The notes under the pieces: model-generated
The model's input: the letters and a program-made list of their open reading frames with translations, nothing else
Database searches by the model: none
What the model was told of the DNA's origin: nothing
Shown here: positions 8,168 to 16,402 of the stretch, piece by piece
Layout: each line of letters begins with the position of its first letter
How positions within the stretch are numbered: the first letter of the stretch is position 1
Assembly (NCBI RefSeq): GCF_000039765.1
Contig: NC_004459.3
Coordinates: 1,410,001-1,442,000 of the forward strand
Source of the DNA: Vibrio vulnificus CMCP6
GTDB taxonomy: Bacteria > Pseudomonadota > Gammaproteobacteria > Enterobacterales > Vibrionaceae
DNA: 32,000 nt
Reading direction: 5' to 3'
Made by a program: the position numbers and the translations under genes

Positions 8168-9814
8168 ATGCGCAAGATTGTAGTTGGAATTATCATTGCC
8201 TCGCTAATGGGGTGCTCTATGGGGCACAGAGATCCCGTTGAAGTCAAACAGACCTTAAACCAGTCCATCAATGAGGCCAATAGCCGAGCACTGGATGAGC
8301 TGCCACCTTCTGTGGAAGAGGACTTAATGCCGGAACTGGAAGCGGCCAATACGGCAGGCAGCAATACGGTGAAGCGTTTTCGCATTAAAGCCAGTGGCGT
8401 TGAAGCAAGGCAGTTTTTCACCTCCCTGATCAAAGGCACGGAGTTCAGTGTCGCAGTTCATCCCGATGTAACAGGGCGTATCACGCTGAATGTCAGTGAT
8501 GTGACGCTCGATGATATCTTATTGATCGTACAAGATATGTATGGCTACGATGTGATTAAAACGGGCAAGGTTATTCAAGTTTACCCCGCTGGTTTGCGCA
8601 CCGTGACCATCCCGGTCGATTATATCCAGTTTCAACGCTCTGGTCGCTCTTTAACCAGTATCGTGACCGGCTCTGTGACCTCGACGGGCTCTACCAGCTC
8701 CAGCGGTGATTCTGATTCTAATTCCAATAACAGTTCGAATAACTCCAATAACAGCGGAGATAACACAACCACAGCCAGTGGCGGCACCCGCATTGAAACC
8801 ATTACGGAAAGTGATTTCTGGCCGTTATTGCAACAAGCAGTGGCGGGCTTAATTGGTTCAGGTAAAGGACAAAGTGTCGTCGTGACACCTCAAGCGGGGG
8901 TGATTACTGTTCGTGCTTTCCCGGATGAGATTCGCGAAGTAAGGCAATTCCTCGGCATTTCTCAAGAGCGCATGCAGCGCCAAGTCATTCTTGAAGCCAA
9001 AATTCTTGAAGTCACCTTGAGTGACGGCTATCAACAGGGGATCAATTGGTCGAACATCTCAGCGTCGATTGGTAATTCTGGCAGCATCGTAGTGAACAGA
9101 CCGGGCTCTACCGTATTACCTGGCTTGGATGCCATTGGCTCACTGCTCGGTGGGCAAACCAATGTAACGATCTCTGATGGTAGCTTTGAAGCGGTATTAA
9201 GTTTCATGTCTACTCAAGGTGATTTGAACGTGCTTTCTAGCCCGCGCGTTACCGCATCGAACAACCAGAAAGCAGTCATCAAAGTGGGTAACGATCAGTA
9301 TTACGTCACCGCGTTGTCAAGCAACGTGGGCAATGATGATAAATCTAAAGCTGTGCCTGAAGTGACGCTAACGCCATTTTTCTCGGGTATTTCTCTCGAT
9401 GTGACGCCACAAATTGACGATAAGGGCAATGTGTTCTTGCATGTACACCCTGCGGTGATTGAAGTGGAAGAAGAAACCAAGCAATTGAATCTGGGCGGTG
9501 ACTTCCAAAACGTCACTCTTCCTTTGGCCAAAAGCTCTATTCGTGAATCTGATTCGGTGATTCGTGCTCGTGATGGTGACGTGGTGGTTATTGGTGGTTT
9601 GATGAAGTCGAACACGATTGAACGCGTGTCTAAAGTGCCATTTTTGGGTGATATTCCAGCCTTGGGCCACCTGTTCCGCAATACATCGAACTTAACGCAA
9701 AAAACGGAACTGGTTATTTTGCTTAAGCCAACGGTAGTGGGTGTGAACACTTGGCAGAAAGAGCTAGAGCGTTCAAGGGATCTGCTTCAAGAATGGTTCC
9801 CTGATCAGCAGTAG
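8168..9814 (+). CDS. mshL: MSHA secretin MshL (outer-membrane channel, lipoprotein-type signal)
   Basis: Lipobox-like SLMGC near the N-terminus. C-terminal secretin signature ...VIGGLMKSNTIERVSKVPFLGDIPALGHLFRNTSNLTQKTELVILLKPTVV. I chose ATG 8168 over the track's TTG 8159. Confidence 0.92.
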   Translation: MRKIVVGIIIASLMGCSMGHRDPVEVKQTLNQSINEANSRALDELPPSVEEDLMPELEAANTAGSNTVKRFRIKASGVEARQFFTSLIKGTEFSVAVHPDVTGRITLNVSDVTLDDILLIVQDMYGYDVIKTGKVIQVYPAGLRTVTIPVDYIQFQRSGRSLTSIVTGSVTSTGSTSSSGDSDSNSNNSSNNSNNSGDNTTTASGGTRIETITESDFWPLLQQAVAGLIGSGKGQSVVVTPQAGVITVRAFPDEIREVRQFLGISQERMQRQVILEAKILEVTLSDGYQQGINWSNISASIGNSGSIVVNRPGSTVLPGLDAIGSLLGGQTNVTISDGSFEAVLSFMSTQGDLNVLSSPRVTASNNQKAVIKVGNDQYYVTALSSNVGNDDKSKAVPEVTLTPFFSGISLDVTPQIDDKGNVFLHVHPAVIEVEEETKQLNLGGDFQNVTLPLAKSSIRESDSVIRARDGDVVVIGGLMKSNTIERVSKVPFLGDIPALGHLFRNTSNLTQKTELVILLKPTVVGVNTWQKELERSRDLLQEWFPDQQ

Positions 9815-9821
9815 TGTAACC

Positions 9822-10670
9822 ATGTATTTGCAGCACTTTGGTTTTCACACTCAGCCTTTTTCGCAGACCCCAAACACCGAATTGTTTTTGGGGTTAGCAC
9901 CGCACTTTGAAGCGATTCAAACCGTCATGGCGGCGCTGGACATGGGAGAGGGGATCGTCAAAGTGACTGGGGAAGTGGGCACTGGTAAAACCATGGTGTG
10001 CCGCATGTTGATTGATCAACTGAGCGATAAGGTGAACTTGGTTTATCTACCCAATCCCGTGTTGAGTGGCCATGAGTTGCAAATGGCCATTGCGCGCGAA
10101 ATGGGGCTAAAAACCTATGATAGTGTCAGTTTGGTACCACTGATCCAAGACTGTTTGATAGGCATGCGTCAGCGTGGTATGCGTACGGTGTTGTTAGTGG
10201 ATGAGGCTCAAGCATTGCCATTGGAGGCGATGGAAGCATTGCGTCTGTTTGGCAATTTAGAAACCGAGCAAGAGAAATTGTTACAGATAGTGCTATTTGG
10301 TCAGCCTGAGCTCGATGAACGTATCGCCCAACATGAGTTAAGGCAATTTCGTCAGCGTATAACGTTTAGCTGCCAACTACGACCACTGACGATTGAAGAA
10401 GGTGTTGCCTTTATCGATAGTCGCTTAGCGAAGGCGGGAGATGGTGAGCATCAATACCTCACCACAGAGCAAAAGAAAGCACTTTGGCGCGGGGCTGGTG
10501 GCATTCCTCGTTTAATCAACCAGTTGTGCCATAAGGCGTTTTTGTTGGCTTATATGCAACAACAGAAAAATGTCACTAATCAACATTTATTTACCGCGAT
10601 TCATGACACTTATGATGCGTGTAAACCTTTGTTTAAAACCCCGGTATTGTGGGGATGGAGAGCATCTTGA
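9822..10670 (+). CDS. mshM: MSHA biogenesis protein MshM (ExeA/GspA-like AAA ATPase, ATPase domain only)
   Basis: MYLQHFGFHTQPFSQTPNTELFL... resembles the ExeA-type N-terminus. Walker A is GEVGTGKT and Walker B is VLLVDEAQ. Confidence 0.88.
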   Translation: MYLQHFGFHTQPFSQTPNTELFLGLAPHFEAIQTVMAALDMGEGIVKVTGEVGTGKTMVCRMLIDQLSDKVNLVYLPNPVLSGHELQMAIAREMGLKTYDSVSLVPLIQDCLIGMRQRGMRTVLLVDEAQALPLEAMEALRLFGNLETEQEKLLQIVLFGQPELDERIAQHELRQFRQRITFSCQLRPLTIEEGVAFIDSRLAKAGDGEHQYLTTEQKKALWRGAGGIPRLINQLCHKAFLLAYMQQQKNVTNQHLFTAIHDTYDACKPLFKTPVLWGWRAS

Positions 10671-11788
10671 GCGAAATAAACAAAGCGCTTGCTGAATTGG
10701 CAAGTCAGAAGTCGCAACCTGCTCAACTGCAAAGAGCGGAGCTGCCAAAAGTGACCTCGGTGAAACCGATTGTATGGATTGCCACTGGATTCGGTTTGAG
10801 CTTAGCCGTTGGGGGTTGGGCAATCACACAATCCGCGCCTGTTAGCCAAAATTACTCTGAGCCAGTGACCACGACGGTCGTCACGGTTGCCGAAGAAACC
10901 TTACGCTCTCCGACACAAAAAACACCATCCGAGGGAGCGCAAAGTGTCACTGTTTCTCAACCAAACATCGTCACGACTGCGCGAGTGGAAAAGGCAACAT
11001 CTGTTGCTCCCTCTTCGGTAAAACCAGCAACAGCGCCAAGCAAATCGGAAACAACGCTGGTAGCGAAAGCCGCTGTGAAACCATCGGCTACGGAAAATCA
11101 GCTGGTTTCTCACTCAGTACCAAGCCAAGTGAAGGCTCAAGCCCCCGCTGCACAAAATACGCCAGCGGTGGAAAACAGTATGTTGGTTGAACAAGTTGAG
11201 TTAACCCAAGAACAACTAGCCGAAAAAGCCATTGGTCGAGCGGAAAAAGCGCTGGATGCCAATAACTTACAAAATGCTTTGTCTGCCTACAGCGACGCTC
11301 TGCGCCATACACCCAACAACGAAGTGGTGAGACAGAAATTAGCGGCACTCTATTTTGGTAAAGGAGACAGCCGCAAAGCGTATGAATTGCTTCAGGCTGG
11401 GATTGCTCTCAATCCAGAAGGGGAAACCTTACGCATTGCATTAAGCAAAATGCTGATCAAAGCCAATCAAAATGAAGCTGCGCTCACCCCCTTGGTGGCA
11501 CTGTACGATGATTCTGGAAAAGAATATCTCGCGATGCGCGCCGCGTTAGCACAAAAAATTAAGAAAGATGACATTGCATTAGAAAGCTATCAGCGCCTGA
11601 GCCAAATGGACAGCGAAAATGCACGCTGGTGGCTAGGGTTGGCGATTCAACAAGAGCGGGCATTGGATTTCAAATCGGCGCAAGTGTCTTATCAAGCCGC
11701 ATTGAGTAAAGTCGGAATATCCAATCAATCGCAACGTTTTATCAAAGATAGACTCGCGCTGTTACAAAATTTGGAGAGTGCACAATGA
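10655..11788 (+). CDS. mshN: MSHA biogenesis protein MshN (bitopic TPR-repeat protein)
   Basis: One TM segment (IVWIATGFGLSLAVGGWAI), then a Ser/Thr/Ala/Val/Pro-rich linker, then a C-terminal TPR-like helical-repeat region (ALSAYSDALRHTPNNEVVRQKLAALYFGKGDSRKAYELLQAGIALNPEG...). The start is uncertain: ATG 10655 or GTG 10649. Both overlap the mshM end. Confidence 0.82.
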   Translation: MESILSEINKALAELASQKSQPAQLQRAELPKVTSVKPIVWIATGFGLSLAVGGWAITQSAPVSQNYSEPVTTTVVTVAEETLRSPTQKTPSEGAQSVTVSQPNIVTTARVEKATSVAPSSVKPATAPSKSETTLVAKAAVKPSATENQLVSHSVPSQVKAQAPAAQNTPAVENSMLVEQVELTQEQLAEKAIGRAEKALDANNLQNALSAYSDALRHTPNNEVVRQKLAALYFGKGDSRKAYELLQAGIALNPEGETLRIALSKMLIKANQNEAALTPLVALYDDSGKEYLAMRAALAQKIKKDDIALESYQRLSQMDSENARWWLGLAIQQERALDFKSAQVSYQAALSKVGISNQSQRFIKDRLALLQNLESAQ

Positions 11789-13509
11789 AAGTAAGATTAA
11801 GAAAGCGACTTGGTGATCTTCTTGTAGAGGAAGGCATTATCAATGAAGCGCAACTTGATCAAGCACTCGGCGCGCAAAGAAGTGGTGGGCGTAAGCTTGG
11901 CGATACGCTGATTGATTTGGGTTTTTTGTCTGAACAACAGATGCTGGCGTTTTTGTCGCAGCAACTTGATCTGCCTTTGATTGACTTAAATCGAGCCACG
12001 GTCGATATCGATGCAGTGCAGTTGCTACCAGAAGTGCATGCTCGTCGTCTACGTGCATTGGTGATTGGCCGTAATGGCGACACGTTGCGCATTGCGATGA
12101 GTGATCCTGCGGACCTTTTTGCACAAGAAGCGTTGATCGGTCAGCTAGGACAATATGGCATTGAGTTTGTTATCGCGCCAGAAAGGCAATTGGTGGAAGG
12201 CTTTGACCGCTATTATCGCCGTACCAAAGAGATTGCCAACTTTGCCGAGCAGTTGCAAGCGGAACACCAAGTCAACGATGCATTCGATTTCAATATTGAA
12301 GATGACGACAGCGATGAAGTGACGGTTGTTAAGCTCATCAACTCGATGTTTGAAGACGCCATTCAGGTGGGGGCGTCGGATATCCATATCGAACCAGACG
12401 CCAATGTGTTGCGTTTGCGCCAACGTATTGATGGCGTGTTGCACGAAACCTTGCTGAATGAAGTCAACATCGCGCCAGCATTGGTACTGAGATTGAAACT
12501 CATGGCCAACTTGGATATTTCAGAAAAGCGTCTGCCACAAGATGGCCGTTTTAACATCCGCTCCAAAGGTCAGTCGGTGGATATCCGTATGTCGACCATG
12601 CCAGTTCAGTATGGTGAGTCGGTGGTAATGCGTTTGCTCAATCAATCTTCCGGAGTCAGAAAATTAGAAGACTCCGGTTTGCCGGACGATCTTTTAGTGC
12701 GTCTGCGCCGACAGTTGAAACGTCCGCATGGCATGATCCTTGTTACTGGCCCTACGGGTTCTGGTAAAACCACCACGCTGTATGGTGCTCTAACAGAATT
12801 AAACCAACCGGGGAAAAAGATCATCACAGCGGAAGATCCGGTTGAATACCGACTGTCGCGTGTCAACCAAGTGCAGATCAATCCGAAGATCAACCTTGAT
12901 TTTTCCACGGTGTTAAGAACGTTCCTCCGTCAGGATCCCGATATCATTTTGATTGGTGAGATGCGTGACCATGAAACGGTTGAAATTGGCCTGCGAGCGG
13001 CGCTGACCGGTCACTTAGTATTGAGTACCTTACACACCAATGACGCCGTAGACAGTGCGCTTCGTATGATTGACATGGGGGCACCTGGTTATCTGGTCGC
13101 GAGTGCCGTACGTGCTGTGGTCGCGCAGCGATTGGTGCGCCGTGTCTGTCCGGATTGCAAGACAGAAGATCATGTTGGCGAGTCACGCAAAGCGTGGTTG
13201 GCACAACGCTTCCCAAATCAAGTGGAAGCGGGTTTTGTGAAAGGGCGCGGTTGCCAAAACTGTAACTTAACAGGCTATCGCGGCCGTATTGGTGTGTTTG
13301 AAATGCTGGAACTTGAACATGGAATGATGGACGCGTTGCGCGCCAATGATGCCGTCGAGTTTGCGCATGCTGCGCGTCGTTCGCCAGGCTATAAACCTCT
13401 GTTAGCGTCGGCAATGGAGTTGGCGCTACAAGGCGTAGTGAGCTTAGACGAAGTGATGAATTTAGGCGAAGGTGACTCCTCTGGGGTTGCTGAAGCGATC
13501 ATTATGTAA
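11785..13509 (+). CDS. mshE: MSHA extension ATPase MshE (GspE/PilB family with N-terminal c-di-GMP-binding MshEN domain)
   Basis: Walker A GPTGSGKTT, Walker B DIILIGEMRD, His box GHLVLSTLHTND and tetracysteine CPDC...CQNC. Tandem MshEN motifs lie at the N-terminus (see findings). Confidence 0.97.
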   Translation: MKVRLRKRLGDLLVEEGIINEAQLDQALGAQRSGGRKLGDTLIDLGFLSEQQMLAFLSQQLDLPLIDLNRATVDIDAVQLLPEVHARRLRALVIGRNGDTLRIAMSDPADLFAQEALIGQLGQYGIEFVIAPERQLVEGFDRYYRRTKEIANFAEQLQAEHQVNDAFDFNIEDDDSDEVTVVKLINSMFEDAIQVGASDIHIEPDANVLRLRQRIDGVLHETLLNEVNIAPALVLRLKLMANLDISEKRLPQDGRFNIRSKGQSVDIRMSTMPVQYGESVVMRLLNQSSGVRKLEDSGLPDDLLVRLRRQLKRPHGMILVTGPTGSGKTTTLYGALTELNQPGKKIITAEDPVEYRLSRVNQVQINPKINLDFSTVLRTFLRQDPDIILIGEMRDHETVEIGLRAALTGHLVLSTLHTNDAVDSALRMIDMGAPGYLVASAVRAVVAQRLVRRVCPDCKTEDHVGESRKAWLAQRFPNQVEAGFVKGRGCQNCNLTGYRGRIGVFEMLELEHGMMDALRANDAVEFAHAARRSPGYKPLLASAMELALQGVVSLDEVMNLGEGDSSGVAEAIIM

Positions 13510-13518
13510 GGTTAAACC

Positions 13519-14739
13519 ATGGCAACCTTTCATTACCAAGGCAGAACGCTTGACGGCAACAAAGCCAATGGACAAATCGATGCGGTGACCTCAGAAGCGG
13601 CTGCTGAGCAACTGATGAACCGAGGGATCATCCCAGTATCGATAACCCAAGGCAAAACGGGGTCTGGGCTCGATTTTGATCTCAATGCGTTATTCGCTCC
13701 TGCGGTGCCATTGGAGATCTTGGTGCTCTTTTGTCGCCAGTTGTACAGCTTGACCAAAGCAGGGGTGCCATTACTGCGCTCGATGCGTGGTTTGGTGCAA
13801 AACTGTGAGAATAAGCAACTTAAGGCAGCCCTTGAAGAGGTCGTGGCAGAGTTGACCAATGGTCGCAGTTTATCGGCGTCCATGCAGTTACACTCAAAAG
13901 TGTTTAGCCCTTTATTCGTCTCAATGATTCATGTTGGGGAAAATACGGGTCGACTGGATCAGGCTTTATTGCAACTGGCCAATTATTACGAGCAAGAGCT
14001 GGAAACACGTAAACGAATTAAAACCGCCATGCGTTACCCGACTTTTGTGATCAGCTTTATTGTGGTGGCGATGTTTATCCTTAACGTCAAAGTGATCCCA
14101 CAGTTTGCGTCGATGTTCAGTCGATTTGGGGTGGATTTGCCATTGCCGACGAGAATTCTGATTGGCATGTCAGAATTTTTTGTTAACTACTGGATGCTGT
14201 TGGCGGGATTCATCGTAGGGCTTATCTTTGGCTTCAAAGCGTGGGTCGCGACGGCGGATGGCCGAGAGCGTTGGGATAAATGGCGATTAAAGTTGCCCGT
14301 CGTTGGTGGGGTGGTCAACCGTGCTCAGCTGTCGCGTTTTTCACGCACGTTTGCGCTGATGCTCAAAGCGGGCGTGCCACTGAATCAGTCACTGGCATTA
14401 TCGGCAGAAGCGATGGGCAACCGTTACTTAGAACTGAAGATCCTTAAAATGAAAGCCGACATTGAAGCGGGTAGCCAAGTCTCTGTCACGGCGATAAACA
14501 GCGGTATCTTTACTCCTTTGGTGATTCAGATGATTTCTGTTGGGGAAGAGACGGGTCGTATTGACGAGCTCTTGATGGAGGTCGCGGATTTCTACGATCG
14601 AGAAGTGGATTATGATCTGAAAACCCTCACTGCTCGCATTGAGCCGATTCTGTTAGTGATCGTGGCGGGTATGGTATTGGTGTTGGCGCTGGGTATTTTC
14701 CTACCAATGTGGGGAATGCTCGATGTTATCAAAGGTTAG
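13519..14739 (+). CDS. mshG: MSHA platform protein MshG (GspF/PilC family polytopic inner-membrane protein)
   Basis: 406-aa ORF with duplicated GspF-type cytoplasmic domains and three hydrophobic segments (e.g. FVISFIVVAMFIL and ILLVIVAGMVLVLALGIFLPMW). It immediately follows the ATPase gene. Confidence 0.93.
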   Translation: MATFHYQGRTLDGNKANGQIDAVTSEAAAEQLMNRGIIPVSITQGKTGSGLDFDLNALFAPAVPLEILVLFCRQLYSLTKAGVPLLRSMRGLVQNCENKQLKAALEEVVAELTNGRSLSASMQLHSKVFSPLFVSMIHVGENTGRLDQALLQLANYYEQELETRKRIKTAMRYPTFVISFIVVAMFILNVKVIPQFASMFSRFGVDLPLPTRILIGMSEFFVNYWMLLAGFIVGLIFGFKAWVATADGRERWDKWRLKLPVVGGVVNRAQLSRFSRTFALMLKAGVPLNQSLALSAEAMGNRYLELKILKMKADIEAGSQVSVTAINSGIFTPLVIQMISVGEETGRIDELLMEVADFYDREVDYDLKTLTARIEPILLVIVAGMVLVLALGIFLPMWGMLDVIKG

Positions 14740-14742
14740 CCT

Positions 14743-15204
14743 GTGATTCGGGATAGTCATCGTGCCAGCCTAGTGCTTTGGTTGGCATTAGTATTGGTGA
14801 TTATGGCGGTATTTGTGCAGTGGTGGCGACCAGTTGAATCGGAGGCGTCCAAAACGGCTGCCCAAGTCTCAGTAAAGCGAATGTTAGAGCGAGCGAACCT
14901 GTATAAGCAGGAATGGCTCTTGCAGGGAAAACCTAAGCAGATAGAGATGGATGGACAATCCATTCCTCTTTCTACTTATGGATGGGTGCCCTTAATTGGT
15001 GAAAATGGGCAGCTAGATTGTCAGAGATGGTTAGACTTTCACTCTCCAGAACGTCGTATTTTGGAATCTCATTTAACCAATGTAAGCGAAAGTAAGATAA
15101 ATGAAACCTATCAATGTCAATTTAACTACCAGAATGGCTTATTGATTGTGGTAAGTCAGCAACATAAGATATTGAAAATTAGTGTCGAAAATATGGCAGA
15201 ATGA
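14743..15204 (+). CDS. mshF: MSHA biogenesis protein MshF (small bitopic protein, function unknown)
   Basis: 153-aa ORF with a GTG start and one N-terminal TM (LVLWLALVLVIMAVFVQWW). It is the last gene before the intergenic gap that separates the two msh operons. Named by position only. Confidence 0.7.
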   Translation: MIRDSHRASLVLWLALVLVIMAVFVQWWRPVESEASKTAAQVSVKRMLERANLYKQEWLLQGKPKQIEMDGQSIPLSTYGWVPLIGENGQLDCQRWLDFHSPERRILESHLTNVSESKINETYQCQFNYQNGLLIVVSQQHKILKISVENMAE

Positions 15205-15222
15205 TATTTTTTGACGCATTAG

Positions 15223-15252
15223 TCTATTTTGATATTCAAAGATAGGTATAAT
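15223..15252 (+). promoter_or_regulatory. Candidate promoter of the pilin operon mshBACDOPQ
   Basis: Perfect -10 TATAAT at 15247-15252 with only a weak -35 (TCTATT/CTATTT at about 15223-15229). It lies in the only sizeable AT-rich gap (15205-15282) inside the msh block, 31 nt upstream of the mshB ATG. Confidence 0.4.
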
Positions 15253-15282
15253 AGCCGAAAACCTATAAGTGAAAGGTTGAGT

Positions 15283-15861
15283 ATGAAACAAAATCAAAAC
15301 GGTTTTTCTTTGGTTGAATTGGTTGTGGTGATCGTGGTTGTCGGTTTATTGGCAGTTGCGGCGCTACCACGCTTCTTGGATGTCACTGACGCTGCGAAGA
15401 AAGCCAGTATTGAAGGTGTAGCAGGTGGATTTGCGACGGGGGTTTTATCTGCGCGAGCGCAGTGGGAAGCCGAAGCTCGTCCGTCAAGAAACATCAATAG
15501 CCAAGAGCAAAATACCGTCAACTACGATGGTGTCGATTTTTGGTTAACGCGTTCTAAAGACGCTTCGAATGCCGATACGGGCTTCCGAGATGGTTATCCT
15601 TGGGGCTTGGCGGGCAACTTTGCGAGTTATCCAGCGGCGCTAACTGGCCAAATGTGTGTAGACTTAATGGAGAACCTTCTGCAAAACCCACCAAAGGTTG
15701 GTATTGAAGGCTCTGGCACCACAAGTGATAACGGCTTCAAATATTCCGCATCTGCTGACTCAGCAAATGCTAAATGTACTTATATTCAACTTGACGGCAA
15801 TACTAAGCATCAGTTTGAATATGAAGCGAAAAATGGTCGTGTGACCGTAACTTTGCAGTAA
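15283..15861 (+). CDS. mshB: MSHA minor pilin MshB (type IVa prepilin)
   Basis: The leader and N-terminus MKQNQNG|FSLVELVVVIVVVGLLAVAALPRF fit a class III signal with Gly-1, Phe+1 and Glu+5. There are two Cys residues in the C-terminal part. The track start 15229 would give an implausibly long 25-residue leader, so I chose ATG 15283. Confidence 0.9.
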   Translation: MKQNQNGFSLVELVVVIVVVGLLAVAALPRFLDVTDAAKKASIEGVAGGFATGVLSARAQWEAEARPSRNINSQEQNTVNYDGVDFWLTRSKDASNADTGFRDGYPWGLAGNFASYPAALTGQMCVDLMENLLQNPPKVGIEGSGTTSDNGFKYSASADSANAKCTYIQLDGNTKHQFEYEAKNGRVTVTLQ

Positions 15862-15894
15862 CCCTGCACGATTTAAACATAGAGAGAGAACACT

Positions 15895-16350
15895 ATGAAA
15901 AGACAAGGCGGTTTCACCCTGATTGAGTTAGTTGTGGTGATTGTAATTCTAGGTATTTTGGCAGTAACTGCGGCTCCGCGTTTTCTAAATCTGCAGGATG
16001 ATGCGCGTTCATCGGCGTTGCAAGGATTGAAAGGTGCAATGGCAGGTGCTGCAGGTATTGTATATGGTAAGGCTGCAATTGAAGGTCTTGAAGCGATTTC
16101 TTCAGGTCGTTCGATTTCTGGAGCAAATGGGAACAATATCAACCTTGTTTTTGGTTATCCTGAAGCCTCAGCTAATGGTATTGGACGCGCAGTTGCTGGT
16201 ATTGACGAAGATTGGTCAGTGATCTCATCAGGTACTGGAACAATCACGTATGGTTTCGAGAATAATACTGCATGTTTTGTTACTTATGCTATTAACGCAA
16301 CAGCAGCTACCGCTCAGGAGCCTGCAATCACGGTCACCGAATGTAATTAA
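15895..16350 (+). CDS. mshA: MSHA major pilin MshA (type IVa prepilin)
   Basis: MKRQGG|[24 protein letters not shown] is a canonical prepilin N-terminus. A C-terminal Cys pair (NNTACFV...VTECN) fits a D-region disulfide. A strong terminator follows immediately, as is typical for major pilin genes. Confidence 0.92.
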   Translation: MKRQGGFTLIELVVVIVILGILAVTAAPRFLNLQDDARSSALQGLKGAMAGAAGIVYGKAAIEGLEAISSGRSISGANGNNINLVFGYPEASANGIGRAVAGIDEDWSVISSGTGTITYGFENNTACFVTYAINATAATAQEPAITVTECN

Positions 16351-16355
16351 ATAAT

Positions 16356-16385
16356 AAAGGCCAGCTTAGCTGGCCTTTTATTTCT
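16356..16385 (+). terminator. Rho-independent terminator/attenuator directly after mshA
   Basis: Perfect 10-bp stem AAAGGCCAGC (16356-16365) / GCTGGCCTTT (16369-16378), loop TTA, then TTATTTCTG. It lies between mshA and mshC inside the operon. Confidence 0.8.
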
Positions 16386-16402
16386 GCCGAACAGCGTAAG
16401 CT

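Noticed and set aside
9301-13414. Minus-strand ORFs of 86-156 aa inside mshL, mshN and mshE (e.g. 9301-9750, 11088-11348, 12944-13414).
   Set aside because: All are antisense to genes with unambiguous family signatures. Their translations are Arg/Ser/Pro/His-rich with no motifs. Such frames are commonly open opposite GC3-biased genes.
15229-15282. An 18-codon N-terminal extension of mshB given by the ORF track.
   Set aside because: It would create a 25-residue leader, whereas type IVa prepilin leaders are short. ATG 15283 gives the canonical MKQNQNG|F junction, and the extension covers the predicted promoter -10.
16034-16222. Alternative-frame 62-aa ORF and antisense ORFs (15873-16142, 15914-16126) over mshA.
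   Set aside because: They overlap the canonical major pilin frame, with no independent start signals or motifs.
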